NCBI GenBank assembly: GCA_030390025.1
Contig: CM059433.1
Span: 8,868,001 to 8,932,000 of the forward strand
Source: Squalus acanthias
Taxonomy: Eukaryota
Reading direction: 5' to 3'
Length of the DNA stretch: 64,000 nt
Shown here: positions 12,450 through 25,940 of the stretch, piece after piece
Layout: each line of letters begins with the position of its first letter
Position numbering within the stretch: position 1 is the stretch's first letter
Position numbers and translations under genes: made by a program
Notes under the pieces: generated by a model
What the model was told of the DNA's origin: nothing
Seen by the model: the letters and a program-made list of their open reading frames with translations, nothing else
The model's database searches: none

Positions 12450-14270
12450 GCACACGTTGGGTGTACTCCGCCTGACCTGCACCCAGCTGGAAGGGGGGTG
12501 CGGTGAAATCTGAACTCTCAGGCCCCGGATGTTACTAACCTCGGCGGGTCCGTGGTGGGCGGCGTCGGTGGCGGGTCTCGACGCCGCTGGTGGCTCCATC
12601 CCACTCTGTGAAATGAATTTCCCTTGATGGGGCTTGTTAAGCTCCGCCCGGCGTGTTTCCCGGCCAATTAGAGGAAGCGGGTCTGGTGACGTCATTTGAT
12701 GACGCGTCATCAGCTGGTTTCCTTAAAGGGACCACAGCCAACTTTACTGTGACATTTGTGCTGTCAATGTTCTACAGCACTGAGGTGCTGCAAACACTGA
12801 CAAGCACTGCACAAAGGCGCGGGGCTGCACCCAGGCTCTCCCATGACTCCCTCCATATGCTTATGGAGGGAGTCACAGCACGCAGGGAGATTCCCTTCAC
12901 TTCCAATGGGCAGAAGAGACCTCCCCAGGAGACCAACACAGCCTGGTTGCACATTGCACAGGAAGGCACAAGCAGGGATGTGGTCAGGATGACCTGGATG
13001 CAGTGCCGCAAACGTTTCAATGATCTCAGTAGATCACGAAATGTTAGTACAAAGCCACACTCAACCTCATCCTGCTGTGCCTCTCATCACATCCCCATCA
13101 CTCTGCCTTCCCTACCCTACTCCTGCACATCCTTGCTCACACCAACTTACCTTGCACCTCCACCCATCCCTCTCTATCTACATTATCACTTCCCCATCTC
13201 ACTAGCCACCCCTCACACTCACCCTCATCCTAGTCCAATCATGCCAACTAACAACACACAAGCATAGGCACTTGGGTGTTTTATGCAATGTTCATGCAAA
13301 GTTTCTGTTAATGTGGTGTCAAACACTGAAACCTTTATTTTCAACACTTTGCATTCTTGGACAGATCTGTGTGCACCTTTGGAAGTGGCTTAGTGAGTTG
13401 CAGTGAATGGTGAGACATAACGGTACCCCCCGTAATGGTCATGAGTGTGAAAGGAATGGCTTGGGCATTGTAGGGATGCTTTATGTTGTTGGTGTGGGGT
13501 GGTGCCAACCTGGCACATCATGTGGCAGCCAGGGTGTACAGCATCAAGTGAAGTAAATCTGGCCATGGTGAGGCCATCCCTGGCCTCCCGGGCAGCAATG
13601 TGGTCGGGTGCTGATGCCCTCTGTCCTGTGCAGCATCAGTTGATTGCGGAGAAGGTTGGTGTTGTTGTTGATGCTGCTGGTGTTGGGGCTGATCGTGGTG
13701 GGATTCTGAGGACCAAGGTGAGAGAGTATAAAGGGCACCCATGCTGATGATGGCAGGTGAAGTAGAGATGACAGAAGCGATCTGTCAATGGTGAGAGAGG
13801 TAATGAGGTCAGACTGGATGGAGACTCGTGTAAAGACTTGCAGCATGGTGAATCTGTTGTGGAAATGCAGTGAGGAAGAGCTTGTGGCTGAGGGAAGATA
13901 TCTCTGTAAGGTGGGAGCTTTTACTGTACATTTGAAGCTGTCAACTCAACAGCTGATTCAATGACCACTGAACTCCCGCCTCAGCTTTACAGACATGGTT
14001 CACGACCAGTGTGGACCCAATGGGCGAGCACGCAAAATCAAAAGGTGAGCACAAATGTGTTCTTAATCATCTCTAAACAAAGTCATAATTAGTTGAATTG
14101 GGTCCCCTGCCACTGTGTGTCGGGTCTGCTCAGCGCTGACAGACCCGACATCGGGAAAGGCGCGTGGTGGCAGGTTGACAGCGCGGTCCCGACCCACTGT
14201 CAAAATAAAACACTTTCCCACCCAACCTGCCACCGATCGCACCCGCTGACTCCCCTGGAAAATCTCGGCC
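12450..14270 (+). mobile_element. Harbinger-derived element with Myb/SANT-like DNA-binding protein remnant (~12800-13040)
   Basis: APRLSHDSLHMLMEGVTARR..F...TNTAWLHIAQE..SRDVVRMTWMQCRKRFNDL matches the Myb/SANT (NAIF1-like) ORF of Harbingers; right end GGAAAATCTCGGCC resembles local TIRs; left boundary uncertain. Confidence 0.72.
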
Positions 14271-15529
14271 TCAGAGTCTTTGTGGCTGTGTAGTGCTCCT
14301 CGTTTGAAGAAAGCAGTGGTTGAAATGAAGACGTTGATTCTTGCTGGGACATGCAGCTAGAATCACAAACGTTTGAAATAAAGAATATCTAATGAGGCTT
14401 AAAGACTCATAGAAAGAACTGCTGAGAGATTAGCATGACCTCTGATGCTTCAAGCATTGACTACTGAGCTTCTGCCAACTTCCAATGATCATCGTTCTCT
14501 TTTTCCTTCTCCTGCGATGCCATGGTTTGTTGCTGTTTCATCGTGTCTTTTGACGACTAACCCGCAGAGCCCTCGTGCCATTCCATCAAGTCTCTCCAGG
14601 GCATAATGCATCGATCCCGGATTTAAAGGATTAATGGCTCCTGTAGGAGCTGAAGATTTTTTTTGTCGTCTTCTGTCTTGGGCCTAAAGGAGGAGCCTCG
14701 GAGCCCCCATATCAGGGAGCCTGGGTCCCACTCTGACATTCGTCTACAGATCGGAGGCACCTTCAGTGCGGACTGGCTGCCCCAATCGTGCAAATAGCCC
14801 CGTCATGTACACCGGGCACCCTCTGCACAAAGCAAACATCACAACCATTGTGTGAGCAAGACAAATGTTTGCTCCGTGAGGTTTTCGCTTCTCAAAATGG
14901 CATCATTCTGTTTGTTGGGGTATATAAGAGCAAACCATCCAATGTGTCTTCACCTCGTGGTAAATGGGGAAGCCATGATTCTCTTAACATGTTGGCATCT
15001 TGGCTTCTCTCTAGAAGCATGCAGTCACATGCATAGTTCTTTGGAAATGGTCATCAACTGGTATCCTTTTTTATTGATGAATGATGGGATGTTGTGCAGA
15101 CAGATGGGTGCAGCCATTGATACCCTGTCACTCTGGCCTGCTGCTAATGATTTTAATGGCCCTCAAATTCCAACAGGATTCTCCCAGTCTCCCACTGCAG
15201 TTATCAAGGGAGATCGGCAGAACCCCCCGGAGGAGCGGCGCAAACAGCCAGGTGCTCCGTCAGAACCCCGAGATTCTCTCCCGAACACAGAAGACAGCAG
15301 AAAGAAACTTCAGCCCCGAAGGGAGCATTAATCTTTTACAGCTTTGCAGAGCTTCTGGAGCCTTTCCAAGTTCTTCGTTTAAAACTCATACCCGCTCTCA
15401 GCTGGTTTAAGAATTCTGCTGAGGCCTTATAGTGGGTGGAACACACCCCTTAACGTGGTGGATGGACAGGATTCCCCACAACCGAATCTAAGGCAGTATT
15501 TTGGAGAATGCAGAATGCCGGAAGGAAGG

Positions 15530-16045
15530 AAGAACAAACATGCATTTATATAGCACTTTTCACCACCACAGGAACAGGACATTCCAAAGCGCTTCATAGC
15601 CAATTAAGTACTTTTGAAGTGTATTCGCTGTTGTAATATGGGGAAACCTGGCAGCCAATTTGCACGCAAAAATGTGCGGGTTAGGTTGATTTGGCTATGA
15701 TAAATTGACCCTTAGTGTTAGGGGGGGATTAAATATGTGGGGTTACGGGGATAGGGTGGGATATGTGTCGGTGCAGGCTCAATGGGGATTCTGTGTGAGA
15801 AAGCAGGGACAGGGTACTGGATTTGGATGATCAGCCATGATCGTATTGAATGGTGGAGCAGGCTCGACGGGCCGAATGGCCTACTCCTGCTCCTAGTCTC
15901 TATGTTTCTATGTTAAAATCTCACAAACAGCAAGAAGTTAAATGACCAGATAATCTGCTTCTGGTGGTGTTATTCTCGGGATAAATGTTGGGCAGGACAC
16001 CAGGAGACGGCTGTGCTCTTCTTCAAACAGTGCCCTGGGACCTTT
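15530..16045. mobile_element. Nested SINE: minus-strand SacSINE-like copy interrupted by an HE1-like SINE 3' piece (~15672-15790) and a CR1 tail (~15795-15913)
   Basis: SINE homology resumes at ~15918; ggttaggttgatt...aaattgacccttagtg resembles shark HE1; CR1 tail gatcagccatgat...ctatgtttctatg. Confidence 0.65.
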
Positions 16046-16235
16046 CACAAAGAATGACGCTAAACAGAATGGGAAACGCACAGCGGAGACAAAAGACAAG
16101 GGAAGGTCAAACTTACAAAAAGGGGGGGAGCTGAAATGGGTGTGAGACAGACAGATACTGAGATGACGAGAAAATAAAATCTCTCAAGAGCCGCAGAAAG
16201 AGAAAGAGAGAACAGAGGGAGTGGAGGAGAAAATC

Positions 16236-16425
16236 GGGCGAGAATTTTCCCCCGGGCGGTGGCGCAAAGCGGGCGGTATCGGATGGGCCGCCCGTTATAT
16301 GCAGCATCTGATATTCAGTTCCATTGACTGCAATAGACTGAATGAATATCAGGCGCGGCGTCTAACGGGCGGCCGATCAGGAAACTGTCCGCTTTGGGCC
16401 ACTGCCCGAGATGAATTTCTAGGCC
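16236..16425. mobile_element. Short MITE-like element (Harbinger-type ends)
   Basis: GGGCGAGAATTTT ... GAATTTCTAGGCC imperfect TIRs, CpG-rich interior. Confidence 0.45.
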
Positions 16426-19409
16426 TTTAAAGAGAGAAAGAAGGTGCAAAGAAATGCCAAGTGCAAAAACAGCTAGAGAGGCAGTTAATCCGATCAGAGA
16501 GACGCACAAATTGTATATTTTGGTCTGTGAGCAACGTTCCCATCAGCTCCAATTTATGGGGTGATTTTTTTGTTAAACATGAAATGCAGATTGGTTTTAG
16601 AGCTATAACACACACTGTGGAGCCAGCTCTGTGACCTGCGCTCCCGTCTGACAAGGCTCCTGGCCAGGAACATCACCTCGCAAAAAACTACTTCTTTAAT
16701 CTTTTTCCACATTTCCTATTCTGAATGCAAAGACGTGAACAAGAAATAATTCACTGCAAGGCTGCTGCGTTATGTAATTTTGGCAATCAAAATATAAATT
16801 TAAAAGTTAGGAAAATGTGAAAAAACCTGGTCAATTCAAAGCAGTTGTAACACCCCCCCCCGGAGCGCACCCCAAGACCGCTGTTCTCAAATGAATTCAT
16901 AATGCACAAGTTAGCACGTGAATTAGCACAAGTTGGCAGCAAACTGACTATTTGCATAACAGGAACTAAATATATTAAATCCAATACACTGCCATTACAG
17001 TTTACAATTCCCCACAATTTAGCACTAATTGGCGTCAATTGGTAGGCTGACTCAGAAGGCTGGCTGCTGTGGGTAATGGAAAACATTCGCACGGGTGGCA
17101 GCAGGTGGTCGCGACTGAGGCACATGGTCGAGGCAGAGTAGAGCTGGGAGTAGCCGATGCTGACACTGCGTCGTAAAGTGCAATGAGTCCCATTTCCCCC
17201 GCATGCTAATCAGCTCCGCTACTAGATCAAATATGACGAGCCGAGACCATTTTAATGTGCCTATGCCCCAGCGACGTGACTTTTTCCATTACCCAAACTG
17301 CCTTTTTTTTTCTCCCTGTGACCTGGCTGAGCGCAGTTGATGAACTAGTGCCTGTTGTAGCAGATATGAGAGTGTTTCTGTGGTGTGGACTCATGTCCGC
17401 TGGGAATTAAGTTGAAGCTGTCAATATTCATTACACTTAAGGCCCTTAACATGCATCACAGAGGGGAGACTTTCATCCCATCTGTCACGGCTGGATTCAA
17501 ACCCAGGTGCTAGGGGTGAAAGGACAGCTTTCTAGCTGCACCACCCAATCCCCTGGTTTATTGAATTGCTTTGTACACCGCTGACATTAAGCATCTCTTC
17601 CTACTCTATGTACAATGCTGACTGTCCGGATTTACAAAACAATGTCTATCGTAGCCTCACTGCTGTATCAGTGATGGTTCGATTTTTCTTATTCACAAGG
17701 CAGTGATTGAAGTGGAATTCATGAGAGTTCTTAACCCCATGGGCTGCACTACAGCCAATGAGTGACTTGGAATTTCTAGAATAAAGCTAATCGGAAAGTT
17801 AGTTGTCGGTACTCCTTCAAAACACAAATAGCTCTTTTATAGTCTGAAAATTCTTGTCCAAATAGCACAAAGTCCAAGACTTTATATCTATGTAACAATC
17901 CATACAATGGTCTCGCCAACCTGGCTGTGCGGCCTAATTATGAGATAAGCTTCTAAAGACTGGAAATGGTTTAGAATACATTTTTTTTAAAGTTTACTTT
18001 TTAAAATACGAACTATGAGAATGTGGGAAAATGTGTACTGTCAATAGAATAACGCAAAGCCCATGTTATGTGCGTTCTGCCATTCAAGAGGAATCCACTA
18101 CATTTTTAATCGGTAATGTGGCAGTAAAGGCAGATTTAGCAAACCACTGAATCTTCTTACGAGAACAATAACATTTCTCGCATTTGGTGACGGCTGGAGA
18201 AGCTTGGGTCCAGATTCATGTGCAGCACAATGTCAGCCCTGGTTTACTGAACGATAAGCTAAGAAATCCTGTGTCACATGCTGCCGTTGCGTGAGTTAGT
18301 GCGCCAGGGTGTATGGTCATGCAGATGTTACCCAAATGCTTCCATTAACTTAATCCTCTCTCCGACACTGCCAAAACCTTGCGCTTTTTTGCCTGGATTC
18401 AGTTGCCCATTTTATTCACCATCAAAGACAGATCACATGTCGGAATCTGGGGCACTACTGATGAGGCATTAGGGTAACCCACCCCACCTCCCCGCTCCCC
18501 GCCCCCCAGGGACAGCTTTTTGGAGAGGGGGGGAAAAAAAGGGTAACTGCTGTAATATACTGTACATTTGCAGAATGCACAAGGTAAAAAAAAAATCAAC
18601 AATCTACTTATAACTGGGTTGCTCCGCACAGGAAGTGCATTTCAATTTACACTGACTTGACTGTGAAATTCACATGGCCACTTACGGCTATTATAAGGCA
18701 CTGTGTGTCACATTAATGTTCTCAGCCTGCTGCCTCCAAGGGTGAGGCGGTGGGTGGGGGGGGGGCGATGATGGGGGCTCTTTGTGAGTCAGTCTTCAAG
18801 CAAAGCATGTGATACAGCTAATCTGTCTTCTCATGGACAGCGCTGGAAATGTATGCAAATCCAAGTGGCACTAATGGGTTTTAGGTAATAACTAGAATTA
18901 GATACAGTTGTTCCAGTGTGAGAATTTCCCACAATCTTTCTTTTTCTCTCTCTCTCTCTCTCTTTCCTCTGAAAGTTAGTCATAGCACAGAAGTCACTGT
19001 GTTATTGTTATCATGTGTGTTTTAACCTTTCGGCATGTGCCTGCGGTTTAGTGGAAACATCTGAAGATAGATTTTGGCACCAGTGTCCTGAGTATAGTAT
19101 TTGAATGTCACTTGATGTGTAATATTTTGCAGCGCTCTTTTCAGCTAATTAAATTCAGATCATGTATCAACATTGATCTCCAGATTAAAGATTATTGTAA
19201 TTTTTCATCAACTAAAAAAAGCACTAACTACAAACATTCAAACACTATCAAAAATGTTAGACACTGATTATTTCTTTCAGGGCGGCTGTGTTTTTTCTCA
19301 CTTCCATCTCTGTTATAGTTACTGATACTATCTTGCGCCGGCTGTGTGACTGAGCAGTTTATGAGGGATCCTGCAGTAAAAGCTGACCCAGGCAAACTCA
19401 TGGGGACAT

Positions 19410-19835
19410 TAGGAACCCGAGTAGGCCGTTCAGCTCCTACTCAATGAGCCTGAGCTGTGCCGCAACTCCATTTACCCACCTTAGCCCCATATCCCTTGAT
19501 ACCCTTACCTAACCAAAAAAATCTATCGATCTCAGACTTGAAAGCTCCAATTATCCCAGCACCACACCCTTTGTGTGAAAAAGTGCTTCCGGATTTCCCT
19601 CCTAAATGGCCTAGCTCTAATTTTAAGATTATGTCCCCTTGTTCTTGATCCCCCCCCCCCCCCCACCCCCTCAAAGAAAATAGTTTCTCTGTATCTACCC
19701 AGTCCAATGCTTTTAACATTTTAAACACCTTGATCAGATCACCCCGTCAATCACCTATACTCAAGGGAATACAAGCCAAATTTATGCAGCCTGTCCTAAT
19801 AATTTATCCCTCTAAGCCTTGGTATCAATCTGCTG
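19410..19835 (-). mobile_element. CR1 LINE 3' fragment, degraded
   Basis: ORF 19441..19728 FKMLKALDWVDTEKLF...FKSEIDRF...KGIKGYG. Confidence 0.8.
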
Positions 19836-19859
19836 AACTATCAAACACTGAGTTGAATT

Positions 19860-20066
19860 AAAAAGAAAGAAAGACTTTCATTTCTATAGCGCCTTTCACG
19901 ACCACTGGACGTCTCAAAGCACTTTACAGCCAATGAAGTACTTTTTGAAGTGCAGTCACTGTTGTAATGTGGGAAACGCGGCAGCCAATTTGCGCACAGC
20001 AAGCTCCCGCAAGCAGCAATGTGCTAATGGCCAGATAATCTGTTTTTGGTGATGTTATGTTGGTTA
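19860..20066 (-). mobile_element. SacSINE-like SINE 3' part
   Basis: Matches 1232-1430. Confidence 0.85.
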
Positions 20067-20670
20067 TCACTCTGCTTCCTCTGCTCCATATCCCCCGCTT
20101 TAGTTCAAAAGCCGGTTCACTCTCTCCATCACCCACTTTTAGTGGGAAGGATGGGCAGGAGAGTGCCAGATACTTCTCTGGTGCCCATCATCAACGCCGC
20201 ACTGGTGATGAGTTGTGTAGCAGATATACTTGCGTGCGGTGAAACCCACCAGCTGTCAGTTGATATCGCGTTGGAAGGACCCATCCAGCAGTCCAGCTGT
20301 AAAATGATGAAACTCATCGCACATATGGTGAGCAGGTTGGAGGCAAAGGCAGCCAGAACTTCAACTGCAGGCAACGTGTGAAGAAGCACCTCAGCTACCA
20401 AGCAACTGGGTCACTTGAGCGCAAGCATTTCTAATAAGACGAAAATGCTTTCATCATAGGAACTTGGGCAGAAGAAGAAAAAAAAACAATGAGCCAGAGA
20501 AGTTATTAAAGACAGAAAAGGTCCAACTTGGGGAGGAATTGGCAGGGCCTCAAGCTGGCGTTGATGATTCAAAGAGAGTCTCCCTGGATTCACTTTCACA
20601 AGAATGAAGCTCTCAGCAGCTGCACCGCTGATATATGGAGCTGGGCCCCACAACTCGAGATTGCTGCTGT

Positions 20671-21520
20671 AACAACAACAGCAACAACTTGTATTTATAC
20701 AGCGCCTTTAATGTAGTAAAACGTCCCAAGGCTGCTGCACAGGAGTATTTTAAGACAAAAAATTTTACACCGATCCACATAAGGATAAATTAGGGCAGGA
20801 GCTTGGTCAAAGAGGTAGGTTTTAAGGAGCGTCTTAAAGAAGGAAAGAGAGGTAGCGAGGCGGAGAGGTTTATGGAGTGAATTCCAGAGCTTAGGGCCCA
20901 GGCAACAGAAGGCACGGCCACCAAAGGTTGAGCAATTTTATAATCAGGGATGCTCAAGAGGGCAGAATTAAAGGAGCGCAGATATCTCGGGGGGGTTGTG
21001 GGGCTGAAGGAGATTACAGAGCATGGGAGGGGCGAGGCCATGGAGGGATTTGAAAACAAGGATGAGAATGTTTACATCGAGGCGCTGCTTAACCGGGAGC
21101 CAATGTAGGTCAGCGAGCACAGGGGTGATGGGTGAACGGGACTTGGTGCGAGTTAGGACACGGGCAGCCAAGTTTTGGATGACATCAAGTTTACGTAGGG
21201 TAGAATGTGGGAGGCCGGCCAGGAGTGCGTTGGAATAGTCAAGTCTAGAGGTAACAAAGGCATGGATGAGGGTTTCAGCAACGGATGAGGTGAGGCAAGG
21301 GCGGAGACGGGCGATGTTACGGAGGTGGAAATAGGCGGTCTTAGTTATGCTGTGGATATGTGGTCGGACACTCATTTCAGGGTCAAATATGACACCAAGG
21401 TACGAACAGTCTGGTTCAGCCTCAGACAGATGTTAGGGAGAGGGATGGAGTCAGTGGCTCGGGAACGGAGTTTGTGGCGGGGACCGAAAACAATGGCTTC
21501 GGTCTTCCCAATATTTAATT
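20671..21520 (-). mobile_element. L2 LINE 3' fragment
   Basis: ORF 20968..21375 HLRNIARLRPCL...ETLIHAFVTSRLDYSNALL...HWLPVKQR; (aac)n tail. Confidence 0.92.
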
Positions 21521-22164
21521 TAAACGACAGGTGAATCCCGTTCCATATCCCAATGTTCCTCTGTTAGTAAATATTTTTAAACTAAGAGTCATCCACAAGC
21601 ATCCCTCTCTTGTTAGACCGCACTTTGAAACTTTAAAACAGAAGAATTATTTTTTTAAATGTAAGTTATCGGGCGTTTGCCAGTTGATAAACACAACAGA
21701 TTGCTCTTCATTGCACATGGCTTAGTATAAAAAGATTCTAGGAGGACTGGGTGACAGTGAGTTCGAACACTGCTTTTCCATGCTGCAATTTGGATTTGAC
21801 TGCAAACCAGACTGAAGGGGTTAAAGTTTCCTTTTATTTGACTGTTGTGTAGATCTTATATTGAATAAATTCAGCGACTTTCAATCCAGTTCTCAATGGG
21901 TGCAATGCCACAGCAAAAAAACTGCCATTAAGCGACCCGAAATTCAGATTCTCATTCCAAGGTGACTGATGTTGAAAATGGAAAGGTTTGAGTGGCGCAG
22001 CACAAAATGCTGTCCTGTTGGTGGGAGCTTTCATTTGCATCTACCCCGTGACCTGGGAGTAGTTGACAGGCAGAATGCAAAAAGTGGGGGAAAATTTCAA
22101 TTTCCCAGCAAGGCATCTCTCACAGGAGCCGACACAAATTATTCGAAGAAGAACAAAAAGAAGT

Positions 22165-23560
22165 TCTTGTCCGAGAAATTGCTTACCTTTGCGCCGGCCG
22201 TTTTTTGACGCTGGTTTTCTGGGAGAAAAAATGGTGGCCGCCTCGCTTCTGGCCCGGGACACGGCGGCCGCCATTTTGGTAAGGACCATAGCGCTGTCGT
22301 TGACAGCACTGGCCTCTGGAATGTGAATGACCAGATCGTGACGTCAATTGGCGTGCAATGCCTGACTTGACGCCATGACTGCAATCTTGGACGTTCTCGC
22401 TCTCTGTAACGCTGGGTCCTAAGCACGCACAGAAAAGCGTGCATGAAGCAGCCCTGCTGAGACGCTGTCAGAGATTCTTAACAGGACACTCATCTTTCAG
22501 GTAAGTTTGGATTTAAGCTTTTGGAGTGTTTTTTAAAATATTTTATTGAAGCAGTGGCTTGGTGCAATAGATGTTAAAGGTTTTTTAAGTGTGCAGGGAG
22601 TGCTGCTGGATGCTTGCAAGGCTTCGGATGGTAAAGGAAACCCTCTGAGAAGACAGAAAATGCTGAAAATACTCAGCAGGTCAGGCAGCATCCATGGAGA
22701 GAGACACAGAGTTCACGTCTCAGGTCGAGATGCTGCCTGACCTGTTCAGTATTTCCAGCAATTTCTGCTTTTATCTCAGATTTCCAGCATCTATTTGCAG
22801 AGGGAAGAGGAAGACGCAGAAGAGGAAGACACAGAAGAGGAGGAAGCGGAAGGAAGGATGCAACCCAGACAGCTCCTTTCTGGCCGGGATATCCAGGATG
22901 GAATCATCCGCCTGCGGTACCAGTGACCACAACCCCAATTCCCCTTTCAACATTTGTCCCACACATTACCTTCCCTCTGTTACTGACCATCACAGCGTCC
23001 TCTTGGCCACAATGCTGAAATAAAAGACACCACAAAGCATACTTTCCAATCCAACTTTATACATCTATCCATCCAATATGACATCAAAAAATCAACTAAT
23101 CACCCTTGTGCATTCCCATAGTCTGTCTTGTGTGTGCCTTTGCCTATCCTACTGATGTCACGCAGTGCTACCCCAGTGACTACAGCATGGCTGGTGGAAG
23201 GCTGCTGACTTTCAGTGGGGGAGACTGCAGATGACCTTGCAGGACGACCTCGAGGAGCTGCTGGCTGAGAGTGTCAAATCAATTAACGGTGTTTCCTCTT
23301 CTTCTTCTTCACTCTCCTCTCCCTCTTCTTGGCTGGGCAGGCTGCATTTCTTGGGTGTATGAAATGAGGAAGGCACACGGGTAGAGTTGTGGTGAGGGGA
23401 AGGCAGGAAACCAAGAGCTGCATGCTTACACCACGTGCACCTTGAAAATCAGAAGATATTGTGGGATGAGGGGGAAGTGGGATGTGAGAAGGAGGATAAC
23501 GTATGAGGATACCAGCATCTTGTATCCTTTCAGCCCTGCCGCTGGCCAAGGGCTCAGCCT
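22165..23560. mobile_element. Internally deleted Harbinger-like remnant
   Basis: Left part resembles 23814-23960 (aaaatggcggccgcc, gtgcaatg..cttgac); acidic GAGGAAGA stretch like the transposase C-terminus at ~25500. Confidence 0.5.
22651..22791. mobile_element. Penelope-like family 2 fragments in inverted arrangement
   Basis: cagaaaatgctgaaaatactcagcaggtcaggcagcatc ... gatgctgcctgacctgttcagtatttccagcaatttctg; same family as 52400-52505 and 58244-58378. Confidence 0.65.
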
Positions 23561-24053
23561 TGCCCCTGCCAAGAATGGCCGGCACCGTTTCCTCAGTACG
23601 GCACTGATGTGTCAGCCTTGACCATGTGCTCAAGTCTCTGGAGTGGGACTATGAAACCACAACCTTCTGACTCCAGAGGCCAGAGTGCTACCATTGAGCC
23701 AAAGCCGACATCATGGTAGGAACCTTAATGTTTCTTGAAGTCCATGGTGCACAAACACAGTTCTACACTTCTGTTCATTCCAAAATCACATATATATTCA
23801 TATTATTATTTGAGGCCCAGAAATTCAGGTGTTTAACTCCACCATAATTGGGCGGAAAAAATGGCGGCCGCCGCTCTTCCACCAGCTGGATCAGTGAAGG
23901 GATTGAAATTAAGCAGATCGTGCGTCAGTGAGTGTGCAATGCTCACTTGACACCCGATCTGCGACACTGGATTCCGCCGCTGCACTTACAATGACAGGCA
24001 GAGCAAGTGTTCAGAAGCAGGAAGGAAGCTGCAGCAGTGGTATTTAAAGGCAT

Positions 24054-24271
24054 TGATGTAAGAAAACTACGAGGCACTTGGTCTAAGCGTTAAACAAAGC
24101 TTTAATCAACTGTTTTTCAACATGGAGATCTAGTCGTGTCCTTCACTAGTTCCTGTTGAGGAATGTCCTAAGCAAGCTGGGCCCATGCCCGAGTATTTAT
24201 ACTCTCCCTGGACAGCGCCACCAGCAGGCTGCCCAATATTACTTCATACATGGATGACAAGCTTCATGTCA
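24054..24271 (-). mobile_element. Solo LTR (218 bp), 5-bp TSD GGCAT, inside the Harbinger 5' region
   Basis: TG...CA; GGCAT at 24049-24053 and 24272-24276; closely similar to 10615-10843. Confidence 0.88.
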
Positions 24272-24521
24272 GGCATCATCATCTGTCACTTGCACCTGAC
24301 CTGTTTATGCAGTTTGACTGGCTCTGTGCTACTTTCTACAACTCCACCAGCTTCTTTCAAGGTTCTAAGGTAACAGGGAATGTTGTTGCAAGTGCAGAAC
24401 ACCTTCATTATTTTTTTAAAAGCTTCTGCTCCCAACACTAGCTCACAGTCATGCAGGCTGTACTGGCAGTCCACCTCACACTCCAAGATCTTCGGCAGAG
24501 GGAGTGGAGGCAGCGAGGAAG

Positions 24522-25600
24522 ATGGGAACATGCGGGCAGAGGGAGGAGGAGGAGGGCCATGAGAGCTCTCAACAGGAGGCCTTACTCACGTAGGGTCTTC
24601 TTACAGCACTTCTCCTACCTCCACTTAAGCGAGGAGCAATGTATTAGGAGGCTATGCTTCACCAAGTAGGTGGTCGCAGAACTTTGCCACCTCGTGCAAC
24701 CAGACCTCCAGCCTCAGATCAGGGCGACCATGGCTCTCCCAGTGTCCCTCAAGGTCACTGTGGCCCTCAATTTCTTCACCAGCTGATCCTTCCAGTCTGC
24801 AGCAGAAGACATAGCTAACATCTCACAGTTCACCGTCCATCACTGCATCCGGGAGGTCACTGAGGCTCTCTACACCAGGAGAAGGGAGTACGTTGTCTTC
24901 TCTCTGAGCAGAGAGAAGCGGGATGAGCAGGCATGTGGCTTTGCCAGGATAGCGGGCTTCCCCATGGTGCAGGGCGCCATCGACTGCACACATGTGGCTT
25001 TGCGGACGCCGCATAAGAATCCTGAAATCTTCCGTAACCACAAAGGCTACAACTCACTTAATGTGCAGTTGGTGTGAATCCACGCCCAGCGATTCTTCAG
25101 TGTCAATACTCGCTCTCCTGGCAACAGCCATGTTGTCTTCATCCTGCGTCAGTCCAGTGTGCCAGCTATCTTCCAGTCACCACAGCAAACTCGAGGGTGG
25201 CTGCTCGGAGACAAGGGCTATCCGCTCTCCACCTGGCTCTTGACTCCCCTCCCCAACCCCAACACTTCTGCCCAGCACTCAGAAAATGAGAGCCACGCTT
25301 CCACCAGGAACATCATCGAGCAGACCATCGGGCTGCTGAAGCAATGGTTACGCGGCCTTGACCGCTCAGGAGGTAGCCCGCCAGTACTCGCCGGAGCGGG
25401 TGTCCCATTTCGTGGTGGTCTGCTGCATGCTTCACAATTTGGCCATCATGAGGGCACAGCCCTTGCCATCAGGGATTGCGGGACCACCTCAGGAGGAGGA
25501 CGAGGAGGAAGAGCAAGAGGAGGGAGGGAGGAGGCAGGCAGCCAATCGTCCTCCCGGTAGGGCCGTCCATGACGGGCTCATCAGACTCCGATTCCAATGA
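24522..25600 (+). pseudogene. PIF/Harbinger DDE transposase (HARBI1-like), with stops and frameshifts; element begins ~23814
   Basis: Translation includes LKVTVALNFF...AGFPMVQGAIDCTHV...FRNHKGYNSLNVQLV...WLLGDKGYPL..WLLTP...HASTRNIIEQTIGLLK...VVVCCMLHN; TIR-like GGCCCAGAAATTC at 23814. Confidence 0.9.
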
Positions 25601-25629
25601 ATAAAACCCTAGACCAATGAATTAGAAAC

Positions 25630-25940
25630 TCCTCTAATTCTGCCCTCTTGAGCATCCCTGATTATAATCGCTCAACCTTTGGTGGCCGTACCTTCTGTTG
25701 CCTGGGCCCTAAGCTCTGGAATTCCCTGCCTAAACCTCTCCGCCTCGCTACCTCTCTTTCATCCTTTAAGACGCTCCTTAAAACCTACCTCTTTAACCAA
25801 GCTTTTGGTCACCTGCCCTAATTTATCCTTATGTGGATCGGTGTCAAATTTTTTGTCTTAAAATACTCCTGTGCAGTGCCTTGGATGTTTTACTACGTTA
25901 AAGGCGCTATATAAATACAAGTTGTTGTTGTTGTTGTTGT
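25630..25940 (+). mobile_element. L2 LINE 3' end
   Basis: Matches 8875-9183 including (ttg)n tail. Confidence 0.88.

Noticed and set aside
12800..13040. NAIF1/MSANTD host gene
   Set aside because: Degenerate Myb domain embedded in transposon-like sequence, with no supported downstream exons
24522..25600. Domesticated HARBI1 gene
   Set aside because: In-frame stops, frameshifts, a TIR-like end and an LTR insertion upstream indicate a dead transposon copy
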